Origin: Octopus vulgaris | Taxonomy: Eukaryota | Direction: 5' to 3' | NCBI GenBank assembly: GCA_951406725.2 | Contig: OX597819.1 | Coordinates: 120,838,001 to 120,902,000, forward strand | DNA length: 64,000 bases | Shown: positions 32,222 to 45,109 of the stretch, one piece after another | How positions within the stretch are numbered: position 1 is the first letter of the stretch | Layout: the number at the start of each line of letters is the position of its first letter | Notes under the pieces: model-generated | Told to the model about the DNA's origin: nothing | Database searches by the model: none | What the model saw: only the letters and a program-made list of their open reading frames with translations | Program-made: the position numbers and the translations under genes

Positions 32222-33614
32222 TATCTGTAGCCACATCACGAAATATGAATATAAAATGGTGGGCGCAAGCTCTAGCTGCCATAATTCACGAAATAAATAC
32301 GCTTGCTTATTTGTCATTAGCTGTCCACTGCGTACAATGCTAACCATGTTCTACGTTTGAATATTTTTCGATTAGTTTATATCCCAGTTTTCGATGGGCA
32401 GCCTCGGTTGTAATCTGGAAATGTAACTACACAAACGTACATGCACACATACACACAAATACGTACACTCCAAGACAGACACACATGCAACGATTCTATA
32501 TTCTAGATCGTCGCTTATTCTGCCAGAAATAACAATGAATAATCCTTCGTGCCTTAAATGAAGAGCAGATATAATGGAATAAGCATTCTTAGATGGTAAC
32601 CAAAAAAAACCAACAAACAACCAAATGAATAAAAGTGTTCATGGCTGGAATGATTGTGAACACAGTTCGGTTTTAACGTAGCTTAGCTGTGAACATAGAT
32701 CTAATTAATCACGGCAGTAACATCTGTGAACGTAGATATACTTGTTCACAGCTGTCTTGGGGATACACACCATCATCAATTTAATCTGACAATCGCCTGG
32801 ACTTCCACTACCTGGACCGCTTTAGTTGTTTTAGTAGAGGCCAGTTTGTTAGGAGCATTTTTGTCTTCCGTTCAATATTGTCGATGGCTCAGACAAAGTG
32901 TCAACGAAACTGTCTTCTTCCTCTTTCTAATCAATCAATTTATTAAGAAACTGTATCTAACGTTTACATACTTCGCACAGTACACACCACAAGTAGTTAC
33001 CCTGTCGCACTATACTCTCAAATACACAGCAAATATTTCTCACTAACGTTTACACAACAGACAGGATAGACCTGCTATAAACACATTTGGTTTATGAGTT
33101 ACTTTAACAGAGTTTACTTTGTTGCAAAGAACCATACTGAATTCTTGCATTCTGTATTTCGTTCCACGCACGCATTGATCTGAAGATGTTCGAAGTGCTT
33201 CAGACTGATCTTACTGAAATCTTACTTCCTCACTTCTAACAAATTTACAGAAAACTGTTCCTTCATATGCTTTGAATAACGATTTATTGTATTGGCATGG
33301 TGAAAGAAATTTTTCAACAGAGGGTAACCGCGTCACGTCAATCTCAGTTCTTGACTTGGTAAAAAATGTAAAGATAAGGCCTGAAGGGATTCCAACTCAG
33401 AATGTAAAGGTTCGTAACTAAATACTCGAAGCATCTTATCCAATTCTCCGATGCTCTAGAAGATTCTGCGAAAGTTCCAAATAATATTATACGAAATTCA
33501 GTACACTAATTCTTCGAATATCGCAAGTGTTACCTTCCCAACGCATAGTTGAAAATCCGCGGAATAGAAACAGTACTGTACTGTATATATTATTATTACT
33601 ATCTTTATAGTGAT

Positions 33615-33929
33615 GGCGCATGGCTCAGTGGTTAGAGCATCGAGCTTGAGGTTGTGAGTTCGAATCCCGGACCAGGCTGTGTGTTGTATTCTTGAGCAAG
33701 ACACAATTTTTTTCGTTGCTCAAGTTCACTCAGCTGTAGACATGATTTGCGACGTCACAGGGGTCAAGCTGTATCGGCGTTCGCTTTCCCCTTGGATAAC
33801 ACTGGTAGCGTGGAGAATGGAGGCCGGTATGCATCGGCGACTGCTGGCCTTCCATAAACGTCATTTCCCGGACTGGGAGGGTAACTTTCTAGGTGCAATC
33901 CCATGGTCACTCATGACCGAAGGGGGCCT
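33615..33929 (+). mobile_element. SINE S3-type
   Basis: A box tggctcagtgg, B box gagttcgaatcc and ttgagcaagacac. The tail differs from the 1938 copy. Confidence 0.8.
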
Positions 33930-34123
33930 CATCATCTCAGTTCAGCATTATTTTTATAATTTGTATATATTTATTTTATTATAGATGCAAAACAACACCA
34001 TGGAGGAATCGCAGTAAGCTTAAATAATAAATCGCGATAGGTGAAACGTGATATGGCGTGGGATTACTGTACTGTTATATATATATATGAATACAGACAA
34101 ACACACACTCACACACACACACA

Positions 34124-34690
34124 TCGCTACGTTCTGAGTTCAAATTCTGCCGAGGTTGACTTTAGCATTCATTATTTCAGGGTTGATAAATAAAGTACCA
34201 TTGAAACACTGGGGTCGATGTAATTGACTTGCCTCCTCCCACTAAATTTCAGGCCTTGTACATACAGTAGAGAGAATTAATATCAGGCGGCGTGATGGAA
34301 GAATCTTTGGTACGCGAGCCAAAAAATGCTTAGCGCCGTTCCGTCCGTCTTTACGTTCTCAGTTTACCTTTCATGCTTTCGGGGTCGATAAATAAAGTAC
34401 CAGTGAAGCACTGGGGTCGATGTAATCGACTAGTCCCCTCCCCCACCCTAAATCCCAGAACATGTGCCTACAGTAGAAAAGATTATTATAAGGCGGCGTG
34501 ATGGCAGAATCGTTAATATGCGGGACAAAAATCCTATTGGAATTTCGTCCGTCTTTACGTCCTGAATTCAAATCACGCTTAGGTCGACATTCTTTCGAGA
34601 TCGATTAAATAAACACCAGTTGGACACTGGGGTCGATGTAATCTACGTATTCCATCCCCACTGGCTTTGTTCCAAAAGACTGAAACCAGT
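34124..34690 (+). mobile_element. Cluster of three decayed SINE S1 copies
   Basis: Repeated gataaataaagtacca...cactggggtcgatgtaat motifs at about 34190, 34390 and 34610. Confidence 0.8.
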
Positions 34691-35055
34691 ATTTTGTTAT
34701 TATTGTATTTCCATCATTATTCTTATAGATGAGCAGAAAATATCGCATGATTTTCCTGATTTCTATTCTGAGTTATTCCAAATGGCAAAGCAACGCTAAA
34801 AGAGGAGAAAATAGTGGCTGAAGATGTCATGACAATTTAGATATGTGTAAAGAGGTTGTGATGGGAAAGAGCGGCGGTGAGTGCCAAAGGCGATCCACAA
34901 ATAGAAAGTGTCCGTCGGATATATAAATCCTGTATTTAAAAAACTGATCATCATGTCAGACTTGATGGATATCTCTTATGGAGGGTGTATGATAGATAGA
35001 TAAGTAGAAAATAGTGTGTATGCGTGTGTGTGCGTGTATGTGTGGAGAGAGAAAA

Positions 35056-35089
<34 letters not shown>

Positions 35090-35184
35090 GACCGGGAGAA
35101 ATGGCAGGGGTGAGGTAATGAACGACAAAGTGAAAGAAGGAAAGAGTGAGGCATTCTCCCTAATAGCATACGTTCGAGCAAGTA

Positions 35185-35267
<83 letters not shown>

Positions 35268-35343
35268 GTGTGTGTAGTAACATATTTAATGTATATAGAT
35301 ATATTTATATATATATATATTCATGTATATATATATATACATA

Positions 35344-35391
<48 letters not shown>

Positions 35392-35532
35392 AAGATATAT
35401 ATGCAAAGATATCTGCATATATATGTGTGCGTGTGTATATGTGTGTTGTATGCACATATATATATATATATGTACATATATAATGTATGTGTATATATAT
35501 ATATTATATATATATATATACACATACACATA

Positions 35533-35585
<53 letters not shown>

Positions 35586-36574
35586 TACATATACCCACAT
35601 ATATGCATATATGTACACACATACAGATACAACTCACAGATATAGACACGCATACTTATGATACATTCAGAAACACACGTACGTGCATCCATCCATCCAT
35701 CCATCTATACATTCATCCATCCATCCATACATACATACATACATGCCTGAATACATACATCCGTAACTACATACATCACGGATATATAGCTGACTAGCAT
35801 CCAGATCTGAATGCACTGCATAATATATCATACGATAAAACAATACTGACTTTGGTTAATATGTTATTGCTATCAGTGATGCGGCTCTTACTTATCACAC
35901 AGACTTATATGCGCGCTTCTCTAATATCATTGCATTGCGATATCTCTTCTTTTTCCCGCCTAATGTTTGCTAATTCACCACAAACAATCGTTCGGTATAT
36001 ACCTACCCTCCCTTAAGGCCCATTTCTCTACTGCTCCAGAGATACCAAAAATCCTTTGTTGGATATCTACGATTCGCCTCGTAAGCAAGATGTTATCGCT
36101 AAAGCAAGGCGATTAGGACTTAAGCACACTTGTACGTATGTTCGAATTTGTGTGTGTTTGTGTTTGTGTTTATGAATGTATATAAATGTATTACTGAATT
36201 ATACACATACACACACACACTCATATGTATCAAAATGCATATACATGCATACATACATAGAAACATACACACACATACAAATATATATCTACATATATTC
36301 ATTTGTATATATATATACATATATATATACATACATATATGTATATATATATATATGAACATGTATATGCCTGCCCATAGAATTATATATGCGCAAATAC
36401 TTTTATAAACAAGCACGCACACACACACACATATCTGCATATTCAGAGAAAGAGAGAGGGAGGGACAGAGAGAGAAAGAAAAAAGAGAGAGATAGAGAAA
36501 GAGTGAGAGATAGATAGCAAGTGAAACAGAGTTCATAGCATATCTACAATGTATTCTTGCACGCACACACTCAA

Positions 36575-36634
<60 letters not shown>

Positions 36635-37189
36635 GCATATAAACGCGTCCATGAAGACACGATTATATAGATATATTCATTTAAGCGAACAGAACTCCAA
36701 TACTTAACATACGCTTATATTTACACACAAGCGTATTTTGGAACGCATGCATGCATACATAAATATATATATATGTATGTATCTACAGGCATGTTGAGTT
36801 TGCAGATTATATATGACAGTAGGCAATAGGAAACATCTATATCTTTTTTTAGTAGCTTAACAATGGCAGTATGGAAGAAATCGTATAGAAAAGAGTTTGA
36901 TAAAAAAAGGAAAACAACCATCCATAGAAACAAGGTTGTCAATGCATAAGTAACTAACCAGAAGCGAAATCCGTCTTGTATTGCAGATAATCTGTGAATG
37001 CATTTGCGCTTCTTAATGAACGATGTTGAAATTGTTGTCAGTGTGGTAAATGGTATTTTGATCAGGGAGAATATGAATGTATGTATGCATGTATATATAT
37101 TTATGTGTGTGTATGTGTGCAGGCGTGGTAGTGTGACAAGAAGCTTGCTTCCCAACAACATGGTTCCGGGTTCAGTTTAATTTCGACTT

Positions 37190-37695
37190 AAGGATCAGTC
37201 TCATTCTGCTCAAGTACTCCACCTTAAATTTTTCTATCATTTCTTTCTCCATCAATTTATCCATTTCCAACATCACCAAGTATTGATAGCCCGTCTCTTC
37301 TATCTACTTCATAACTTCCCCCGGACGGTATCGTAAGACCGTCCATACATTAGATTTTGATTCTCTTCAAGACTAACACAGCACACTTTTTTCAGTCCGA
37401 ATTCCATTCTGATATCAGCACTGAAAGTATACATTGTATCAACGACGGAACTGACTTCAGATTCACCTTTACCATAAAGTTTGAGGTCATCCATGAATAA
37501 CAAGTGGTTGATATTTTGTTGGCGACTCTTAAATACATACCCAGCTTTTGCTTGCCTCAGAATCAGTGTTAGTGGTATCATGCACAGTACAAAGATCAGT
37601 GGGGACAGGCAGTCCCCCTGGAAGATGCCTCTCCTGATTTCTATGGTCCCTAAACTTCTTCCTGATGCTGTTACTTCCGTCCTCCACTTCGCTTT
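37190..37695 (-). pseudogene. R4/Dong-like non-LTR retrotransposon RT fragment
   Basis: RRGIFQGDCLSPLIFVLCMIPL...INHLLFMDDLKLY...MEFGLKK. Abuts a (TAA)n tract. Confidence 0.85.
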
Positions 37696-37854
37696 ATTAT
37701 CATTATTATTATTATTGTTGTTGTTGTTGTTGTTGTTATTATTGTTGTTGTTGTTGTTGTTATTATTATTATTATTATTATCATTATTATTAGTATTACT
37801 ATCATTATTATTATCATCATTATCATTATCATTCTTCTTCTTCTTCTTCTTCTT

Positions 37855-37920
<66 letters not shown>

Positions 37921-38870
37921 GACGTCACAGTATACAATATCGGGGGTTTGTACTGTTTGTCAAGTCACAACAATGACCTCAGACAGATAGTACTTCACGC
38001 AATATGCGTGTAGTTCCAAGTAATACCGACATTTGCAATACACCTAGATTGTAGCGTATTTCTAAAGTTTTCAGATGTTTTTTTCAGATCAGGTGGTATT
38101 GAACCCAATGTTCCAATGACAACCTTTATGTTCGACTCTCTTAGCTGCCACATCTTAGCGATCTCAATTCACAGGTCTCCATATTTATCAATCTTTTCTC
38201 TTTCTGTCATGATGACATATTAATCTCCAAGCACTACGTCATCAATTATTAGGCACTCTTGTTTGTCCCTCCTATAGGTTACTATATCCGGCCTTAGGTA
38301 CTCTAATAACATGCTGTCTGAAGTCCCAGGGGATTTTTGCCTTTCCCTTTTTGTCCATTACCTATTCCGGTGTATGTTGGTACAAAGCACCTGTAACCTC
38401 ATATACATACTTACAGCATAGTAGCCAGTGGAGGTTTGGGGCTACCTTGTCGTGTTTGCACTTGTACTCTGTCTGCGCAAGACTTTCCCAAGCACTAACA
38501 ATGTGAGTTAAGCTATCGACCCTCTTCCCACACTTTCTGCAGAGGTTCGTTACATTTGTGTAGTATATATTCTTTATCACTGAGTTGGTATCCAATGTCT
38601 GGTCGTGGGCAGCGATGATTAGGCTTTCAGTATTCTTTGTTAGGTCAACCTTGTTGAGCCACCTCCATGATGCTTCCTGGTCTTTTAATTTGCTGGTTTC
38701 AAGATGGAACTGACCATGTAATTCCATGCGGAGTAGGGTTTCTTCTCTCTCGTTGGCTGTTCTTGATCGGAATTTATGACCATTCTCAAGTCCATTTTTG
38801 TTAACTCCTTCTCCACTAGCAGCATACTGTAGCAGGTCTTGTTTGCTGTTTACCAAATATTCTGCCATGT
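37921..38870 (-). pseudogene. R4/Dong-like C-terminus (zinc knuckle plus restriction-like endonuclease) and 3' end
   Basis: LHGQF...TESLIIAAHDQ...CRKC...HIVS...KHDKVA..LHW, then RPDIV and KIDKYGDL. The 3' end runs into (TAA)n. Confidence 0.85.
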
Positions 38871-38872
38871 TT

Positions 38873-39828
38873 CGGTACTTCCTCGGAATTCTCCCACCAA
38901 ACCCACCAACCTATAAGATTTGAACCAGTAATTTTATTTTAAAGATTTTTTCAGATTCACATGTTTTCGATATCGGATATTACGATTTAGCATTAAAAAA
39001 AACAAAAGAATTTTTACAATTTCTTTTACCCCCACCCCTACCCCACCAATTTCTTTGCTTTGTTTACAGTCGACAAGAGGTGCCTGCACGCACAAAATGA
39101 CAGCTTCCAAATCCTGTTTCCTGATTGGGTGAAAATTATCAAACTTTAAACCTCTATAGCTTTTTAAAAACATTTCTCTGAACAAAGTGAAACAGTCCCA
39201 GCAATTTCGCTTGGAAAATTACATTATTGTGCCAAATTTTAAAAATGTCTTGGCAAAACGTAATTGTCAATTCAACTGTCGCTATTGAGTCAAGCAATTC
39301 ACGGATATTATCGCTGCTGATATCAATAAAGTTCATAATTAAATAATGAAATTAAATTGTGTTTATGTATCTGTTTAATCAACTTCGTTGTATGTTAAAC
39401 ACTAACTTCTAACGGTTCTACAGTGGAATTGAAGATGGTTTGGCTACCAGCATTTCAAAAAATTGAAGTTTATCGAAAATTTTAAAATTTGGCTCAGTAA
39501 CGTACATTTCCAAGCTAAATTGCTGGAATTATTTCACTTTTTCCAGAAAAATGTTTTTCAAAAGTTATAGAGGTTTAAAGTTTGATAATTAATTTTCGCC
39601 TAATCAGGTTAAAGGATTTAGAAGCTGTCATTTTGTGCGTGACAGCACATCTTGTCAACTGTAAACAAAGCAAATAATTTGGGTGAGTGTAGGGGAGGGG
39701 GTAATTGAAAATTTTTTTTGCTAAATCGTAGTCGCCGAAATCGAAAACATATGAACCTGAAAAAAAATATTACTGGTTCAGAAGTTATAGGGTGGGGTGG
39801 GGTGGGGGTAAATTCTGAAGAAGTACCC
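38873..39828. mobile_element. Fold-back / long-TIR non-autonomous DNA element
   Basis: Diverged inverted arms of about 370 bp (38873-39255 vs 39470-39828), with termini ggtacttc.../...gaagtaccc. No ORF and no clear TSD. Confidence 0.8.
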
Positions 39829-39832
39829 TTGC

Positions 39833-39981
39833 TTATTATTTACATTATATACATTTGCCGGATATTTGTCCTCATTTTGTTTGTTGTTAACACAACATTT
39901 CAGCTGATATATCCTCCAGCCTTCTTCAGGTGTCTTGGGGAAATTTCGAACCTGTGTTCTCATTCCTAAGGTATTTTTCGA

Positions 39982-40015
<34 letters not shown>

Positions 40016-40088
40016 GTAAGTGTTCAGGTCACTGCTTAGAATCGAACTCGGAATCTTGGGGTTAGTAGGTCTTAACCACTACGTCATG
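39833..40088 (-). mobile_element. tRNA-like head + (AAT)n + hammerhead-bearing PLE-like tail (candidate ribozyme SINE)
   Basis: A-box-like TGACGTAGTGG (40076-40086), B box GAGTTCGATTC and (AAT)n. Then gacac CTGAAGA aggctg..cagct GAAA tgtt gtgtt (39889-39934). The tail is homologous to 51977-52633. Confidence 0.65.
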
Positions 40089-40089
40089 T

Positions 40090-41157
40090 TTCTTCTTTCA
40101 CTGCTGATGCGCTCCCGTACGCTAATCAGCTCACTTCCCCCTTTACCTCTCTTCATGTAGAGCCTATGTACATTTGTCTTAGTGTGGAGGGCACCATGCA
40201 TTGTCATTGTCTTTCGGGTGGTGCTATCGAGTTGGTCAATCTCTGCTTGTGTCCATTTCAGGATGGGTACACTATAGCGGACTCCAGCAACGGCTCATAT
40301 GTTGATGGCAGTCACCAGGTTCCTTCAGTTGAGTTTACATTTCAAGAGAAGTTTGAAGCGCTTGAAATATGCAGTGATGACCTTGTCTTTCATTTCTTTG
40401 TGCAAGATATTGTCCAGCTTCAGGATCCCAACGTACTTGTATCCACTATCCTCCGAGTCTTTCATTCTCTCCCTGTTTGGCAATTCTATGCCCCTACAAT
40501 TTACGCTTTTGCCCCGCTTCAGAGTAAGCACCGCACATATGGAGATACCGAATTCCATCCCTGTATCCTTGCTGTACATTTACAGAGTCTCAACCAAATT
40601 CTTCCTTTCAGGCTCTGTTTTTGCGAACAGATTTAAATCATCCATGAAGAGAAGGTGGTTGAGACGAAGTCCATTCTTTTTGAGCTCATAGTGCACGCTG
40701 ATTTTGCGTAGAACTACAGAAAGTGGGATCAAGGCTATAACAAATAACAGAATTGAACAAGGGTCTCATTCGAAGATACCTCTTTTGATTGTTACCTCGC
40801 CTAAACGCTGGTTGTTACAGGAAAGATGTGTTTTCTAACTAGGCATGCTGTTCTTAATCAGTGTACATACGTTCTCAGCTATTCCACACATGTCGAATGT
40901 TTCCAAAATCCGCGAATGCAGCAACATGTCATAAGACTTTTTGAAGTCGATCCAAGTCGTGCATAAGAGTTTTGGTACTATTTACAGTTCTTCATCATAA
41001 CCTTGTCTATCACAAGGTGGTCCCTGGGGCACTAGGATCCTTTTCGTCATCCCTTTTGTTCTACAGGCAGTAGATTGTTTTCCGCAAACAACGTACATAT
41101 TTTACCTGCGAGGCTACCTGTTAGTACTTTCCGTGGGAGGTTAAGACAAGCAATCAT
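40090..41157 (-). pseudogene. R4/Dong-like RT fragment
   Basis: WIDFKKSYDM, NHLLFMDDLNL, GMEFGISICAVL and YKYVGIL, with frameshifts. Confidence 0.85.
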
Positions 41158-41350
41158 TAAGGTGCCGAGTTGGCAGAATCCTTAGCACCCCGGACAAAAT
41201 GCTTAGCGTTCAAATTTTGCCGATATCGACTTTGCCTGTCACCCGTTCGGGGTCGATTAAATAAGTACCAGTTACGCATTGGGGTCGATATAATCGACTT
41301 AATCCCTTCCCCCAAATTTGAGGCCTTGTGCTTTCAGTAGAAAGGAATAT
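41158..41350 (+). mobile_element. SINE S1 (tail type 2)
   Basis: aaggtgccgagttggcagaatcc...aggccttgtgctttcagtagaaagg. Confidence 0.85.
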
Positions 41351-41746
41351 TATTATTTATTTTCCTTCTTTCTTCAAATTTTCTTCCATTTCTCGCCGAG
41401 TGTTTTCCGTACACCTAGGGCAGAGAAGCTCATTGCATGCATTCCCAGATTACACACGCAAATTCCCAGGTAAAAAATGTATTAAAAAAAAAATAAAGGA
41501 ATAAATAAATTCATGAAAGGATGTTGTTTTCACAGAGATAATATTCTTCTCAGTACATGAGCAGTTCCAGTTAATACGATTTTTTGCACTTCTTGTAAGG
41601 ATGGTAAACCTGGTGTCATTTTCAAAAAGGTTTCAGTACCTTTTTTTTATCATTCCTAGAGATCCTACAATCACTGGTACTGTAGTCGCCTTGAGATGTC
41701 ACATTTTTTCAATTTCTATTAGCAAGTCTATATATTTACTGATCTT
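41351..41746 (-). pseudogene. 5'-truncated R4/Dong-like 3' end
   Basis: KISKYIDLLIEIEKM*HLKATTVPVIVGSLGMI...VLTGTAHVLRRILSL* followed by a 3' UTR. TAA repeats occur on both sides. Confidence 0.85.
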
Positions 41747-41750
41747 ATTA

Positions 41751-41886
<136 letters not shown>

Positions 41887-41917
41887 TATTATTATCATTG
41901 TTGTTGTTGTTGTTGTT

Positions 41918-42322
41918 GAATGAGAGAGCTCCGCATGCTATCAATGTGACCCTGGGGTACAAATATATGAAGCCCAACATACCGATCATGACTACCCGTC
42001 TAATAAGGGTATACCAGGTACATGCATCACAACCATATATGTGCGACATGGTGATCTCATATCAAGATAAACAGCAGATGGCCCTACAGGTAGGGTTCAG
42101 TTTGAATTTTCTTGAGGCTGAGTGGCCCATCCCGTTCAAATGATCCCTGAATAAAAGTCGTTTAAGGATAATGAACGATACCCCCATGTTTCCAAGGGTG
42201 AATAATTCACCTTCAAAGACTTCCTCAGAGCACATGGCTATGATGCGCCCTGACTACTTCTGCTTATGATCAGATGATAAGGTCAAGCAACTGACAAACA
42301 AACCTATGGTATAGAGCAGATA
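41918..42322. mobile_element. Truncated copy of the approximately 555-bp (TAA)n-associated element
   Basis: Colinear with 42878-43320. Confidence 0.75.
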
Positions 42323-42454
42323 TATATATATATTGTTTTCTTTTGCACGAAGATGAAACAAACACATGATAACTCTTCTCATTACTTCATATCAGGAACT
42401 ATGAGAGTCAGAGTCTGCTATTGTAAGAGGGCTTTATTATTATCATTATTATAA

Positions 42455-42489
<35 letters not shown>

Positions 42490-42500
42490 CATTATTATAA

Positions 42501-42580
<80 letters not shown>

Positions 42581-42581
42581 C

Positions 42582-42644
<63 letters not shown>

Positions 42645-42645
<1 letters not shown>

Positions 42646-42862
42646 AGACGGCAAGCTGGCAGATTCGTTAAGCAAGCAGGTCGAAATGCTTAGCGCTATT
42701 TCGTCTGCCGCTCTGTACTGGGTTCAAATTCCGTCGAGGTCGACATTGCCTCCTCTTCCTTTCCGGGCCGATAAATTGAGTACCAGTGAAACACTGGGGG
42801 TCGATATAACCGAGTTATCTCTCCGCCTAAAAATGGCTGCCCTTGTGACAAACTTTGAAAAC
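42645..42862 (+). mobile_element. SINE S1, diverged
   Basis: aagacggcaagctggcagattcgttaag...gggttcaaattccgtcgaggtcgac. Confidence 0.75.
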
Positions 42863-42877
42863 ATTATTATTATTATT

Positions 42878-43434
42878 GAGTGAGAGAGCAGTGCATGCCA
42901 TCAAAGTGACACTGGGGTAAAATATACGAAGCCCAGTACATCCACCATGACTACTTGTCTGCTAAGGGTACACCAGTCACATGCATCACAACCATATTTG
43001 TACAACATGGTAATCTCATATAAAGACAAACAGCACATGAGCTTGCAGTTGTGGCCCAGTTAGAATTTTCTTCTGGTCGAGTAACCCATCCCACTCAAAA
43101 GGTCCCTGAGTAAGGGTTGTTTAAGAATGTTGAACGAACCACCCATGTTTCCAGAGGTGAATTATTCAAATCCCAAAGAATCCCTCTCAACACATGGCTA
43201 TGATGCTCCCCCACTACTTCTGCTATTGATCAGAGATAATATCGTCAGCCACTAAGGGACATGCTCAACTGGTTAAGGTCAAACAACTGACAAGCAAATC
43301 TGTGGTATTGAGCATAATATTTGCTGTAGCCCATCTTTTATACCAAGACAAAACAATGTACATGATAACACTTCCAATCAGTTAAGATCAGAAGCCATGA
43401 GAGCCACTGCCTGGTACTGCATCAGTGCATTTAA
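42878..43434. mobile_element. Approximately 555-bp non-coding interspersed element flanked by (TTA)n on both sides
   Basis: Four related pieces occur in the window (21946, 41918, 42878, 44108). No ORF, TIR or tRNA head was recognised. Confidence 0.75.
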
Positions 43435-43469
43435 TATTATTATTATTATTATTGTTGTTGTTGTTGTTG

Positions 43470-43504
<35 letters not shown>

Positions 43505-43598
43505 GTTGTTGTTGTTGTTGGTGGTGTTGTTGTTTTTGTTGTTGGTGTTATTATAATTATAATTATTTTTGTTGTTGTTGTTGCTGTTATTGTTGTTG

Positions 43599-43657
<59 letters not shown>

Positions 43658-44107
43658 GTTAAATACGAGACAGCATATAATAACGAATATTTGGTTTGGA
43701 TCACATTTTATCTTTTAACTTTAGTGAAAAAAAAAAAAATATGATCGAAAATTTATCTTCGCTCATTGAAAACATTAAAGAAATAACTAGCAGAGCTGGA
43801 TGTATCGATCTAAAGAATTTTAGATTCAGTATCAAGGTTATCTGGTGCGAGGGCTTTAGCAGCCATGTTAGAATACAAGAGGTCAGTTTTTTTTTTCCTG
43901 TTTTGTTGCCGAAAAATTTCCCGTGAGGTTAAAGCAAACAGAATCGAAGACACCCGCTGTAAGGAACGTCTAATTATATTTTTGAGGAAACGCTACGCCT
44001 TCTGGGTAAAAGAATAGAAACATAAAATGGGGAAATAAAACAAAATTGAGATGTGTTTTTCAAAATTTTTATTCAGTTGTATCATGACGATATTAGTTGT
44101 ACCATGA

Positions 44108-44310
44108 GATGGGCTACTCAACCTCAAGAAAATTCAAACTGAACCCTACCTGCAGGGCCATCTGCTGTTTATCTTGACATGAGATCACTATGTCGCACAT
44201 ATATGGTTGTGATGTATGTTCCTGGTGTACCCTTATTAGACGGGTAGTCTTGAGGGTTTATATATTTGTACCCCAGCGTCACTTTGATAGCATGCGGAGC
44301 TCTCTCATTC

Positions 44311-44343
<33 letters not shown>

Positions 44344-44478
44344 AATAATAATAATAATAAGATCAGTAAATATAAAGACTTGCTAATAGAAATTGAAAAA
44401 ATGTGGCATCTCAAGGCGACTACAGTACCAGTGATTGTAGGATCTCTAGGAATGATTAAAAAAAGGTACTGAAACCTT
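44108..44478 (+). repeat. Inverted duplicate of 41627-42131
   Basis: Same composite junction: element, then (AAC)n(AAT)n, then aagatcagtaaatat Dong-like tail. Confidence 0.85.
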
Positions 44479-44684
44479 GAATTTTGACTTCGACCTCCAA
44501 ATTTGTTCCCATTCTATATATAGTCTTGTAAACACTGTAACACAGCGGGAAGAAGAACGGACAACAATGTTTAACCAAACCTTTCCTTAGCCTGTCAGAT
44601 TTATATATATGTTTCGGATGTACGTATATATATGTTTCAGATGTACGTACGGTTGTAGAATTGTTTTTATTTCAAAAAACTCTA

Positions 44685-44848
44685 GAGGCACAAGGCTCGA
44701 AATTTTTTGGGGGACCGCTCCAGTCGATTAGATCGACCCCAGTACAGAACTGGTACTTAATTTATCGACTCCGAAAGGATGAAAAGCAAGGTCGACCACG
44801 GCGGAATTTGAACTCAGAACATAAAGACAGACAAAATACTGCTAAGGA
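44685..44848 (-). mobile_element. SINE S1, partial
   Basis: tcgaccccagtac...ctggtacttaatttatcgac...gcggaatttgaactcagaac. Confidence 0.8.
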
Positions 44849-44990
44849 CTATTATTATTATGATTTTCTAAAGATTCTTCGAATGCCACAAACACTATAG
44901 TTTGTAAGTTCCGTTATGGGAGTAAATATGTTAAAGATGTCAATAAGAGATGCTAGTACGCATGCCTCCCCAATACACACGTACGCAAGT

Positions 44991-45032
<42 letters not shown>

Positions 45033-45109
45033 GCGTGCACGCCCGCGCACACATATGCTCTTACGCACACATTGAATGTGCCACTAGTAGCAATAAATGT
45101 TCCACGTTA

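Noticed and set aside
31480-32236. Regularly spaced short direct repeats suggesting a CRISPR-like array
   Set aside because: The spacers are homologous SINE copies of about 230 bp, the context is eukaryotic and there are no cas genes.
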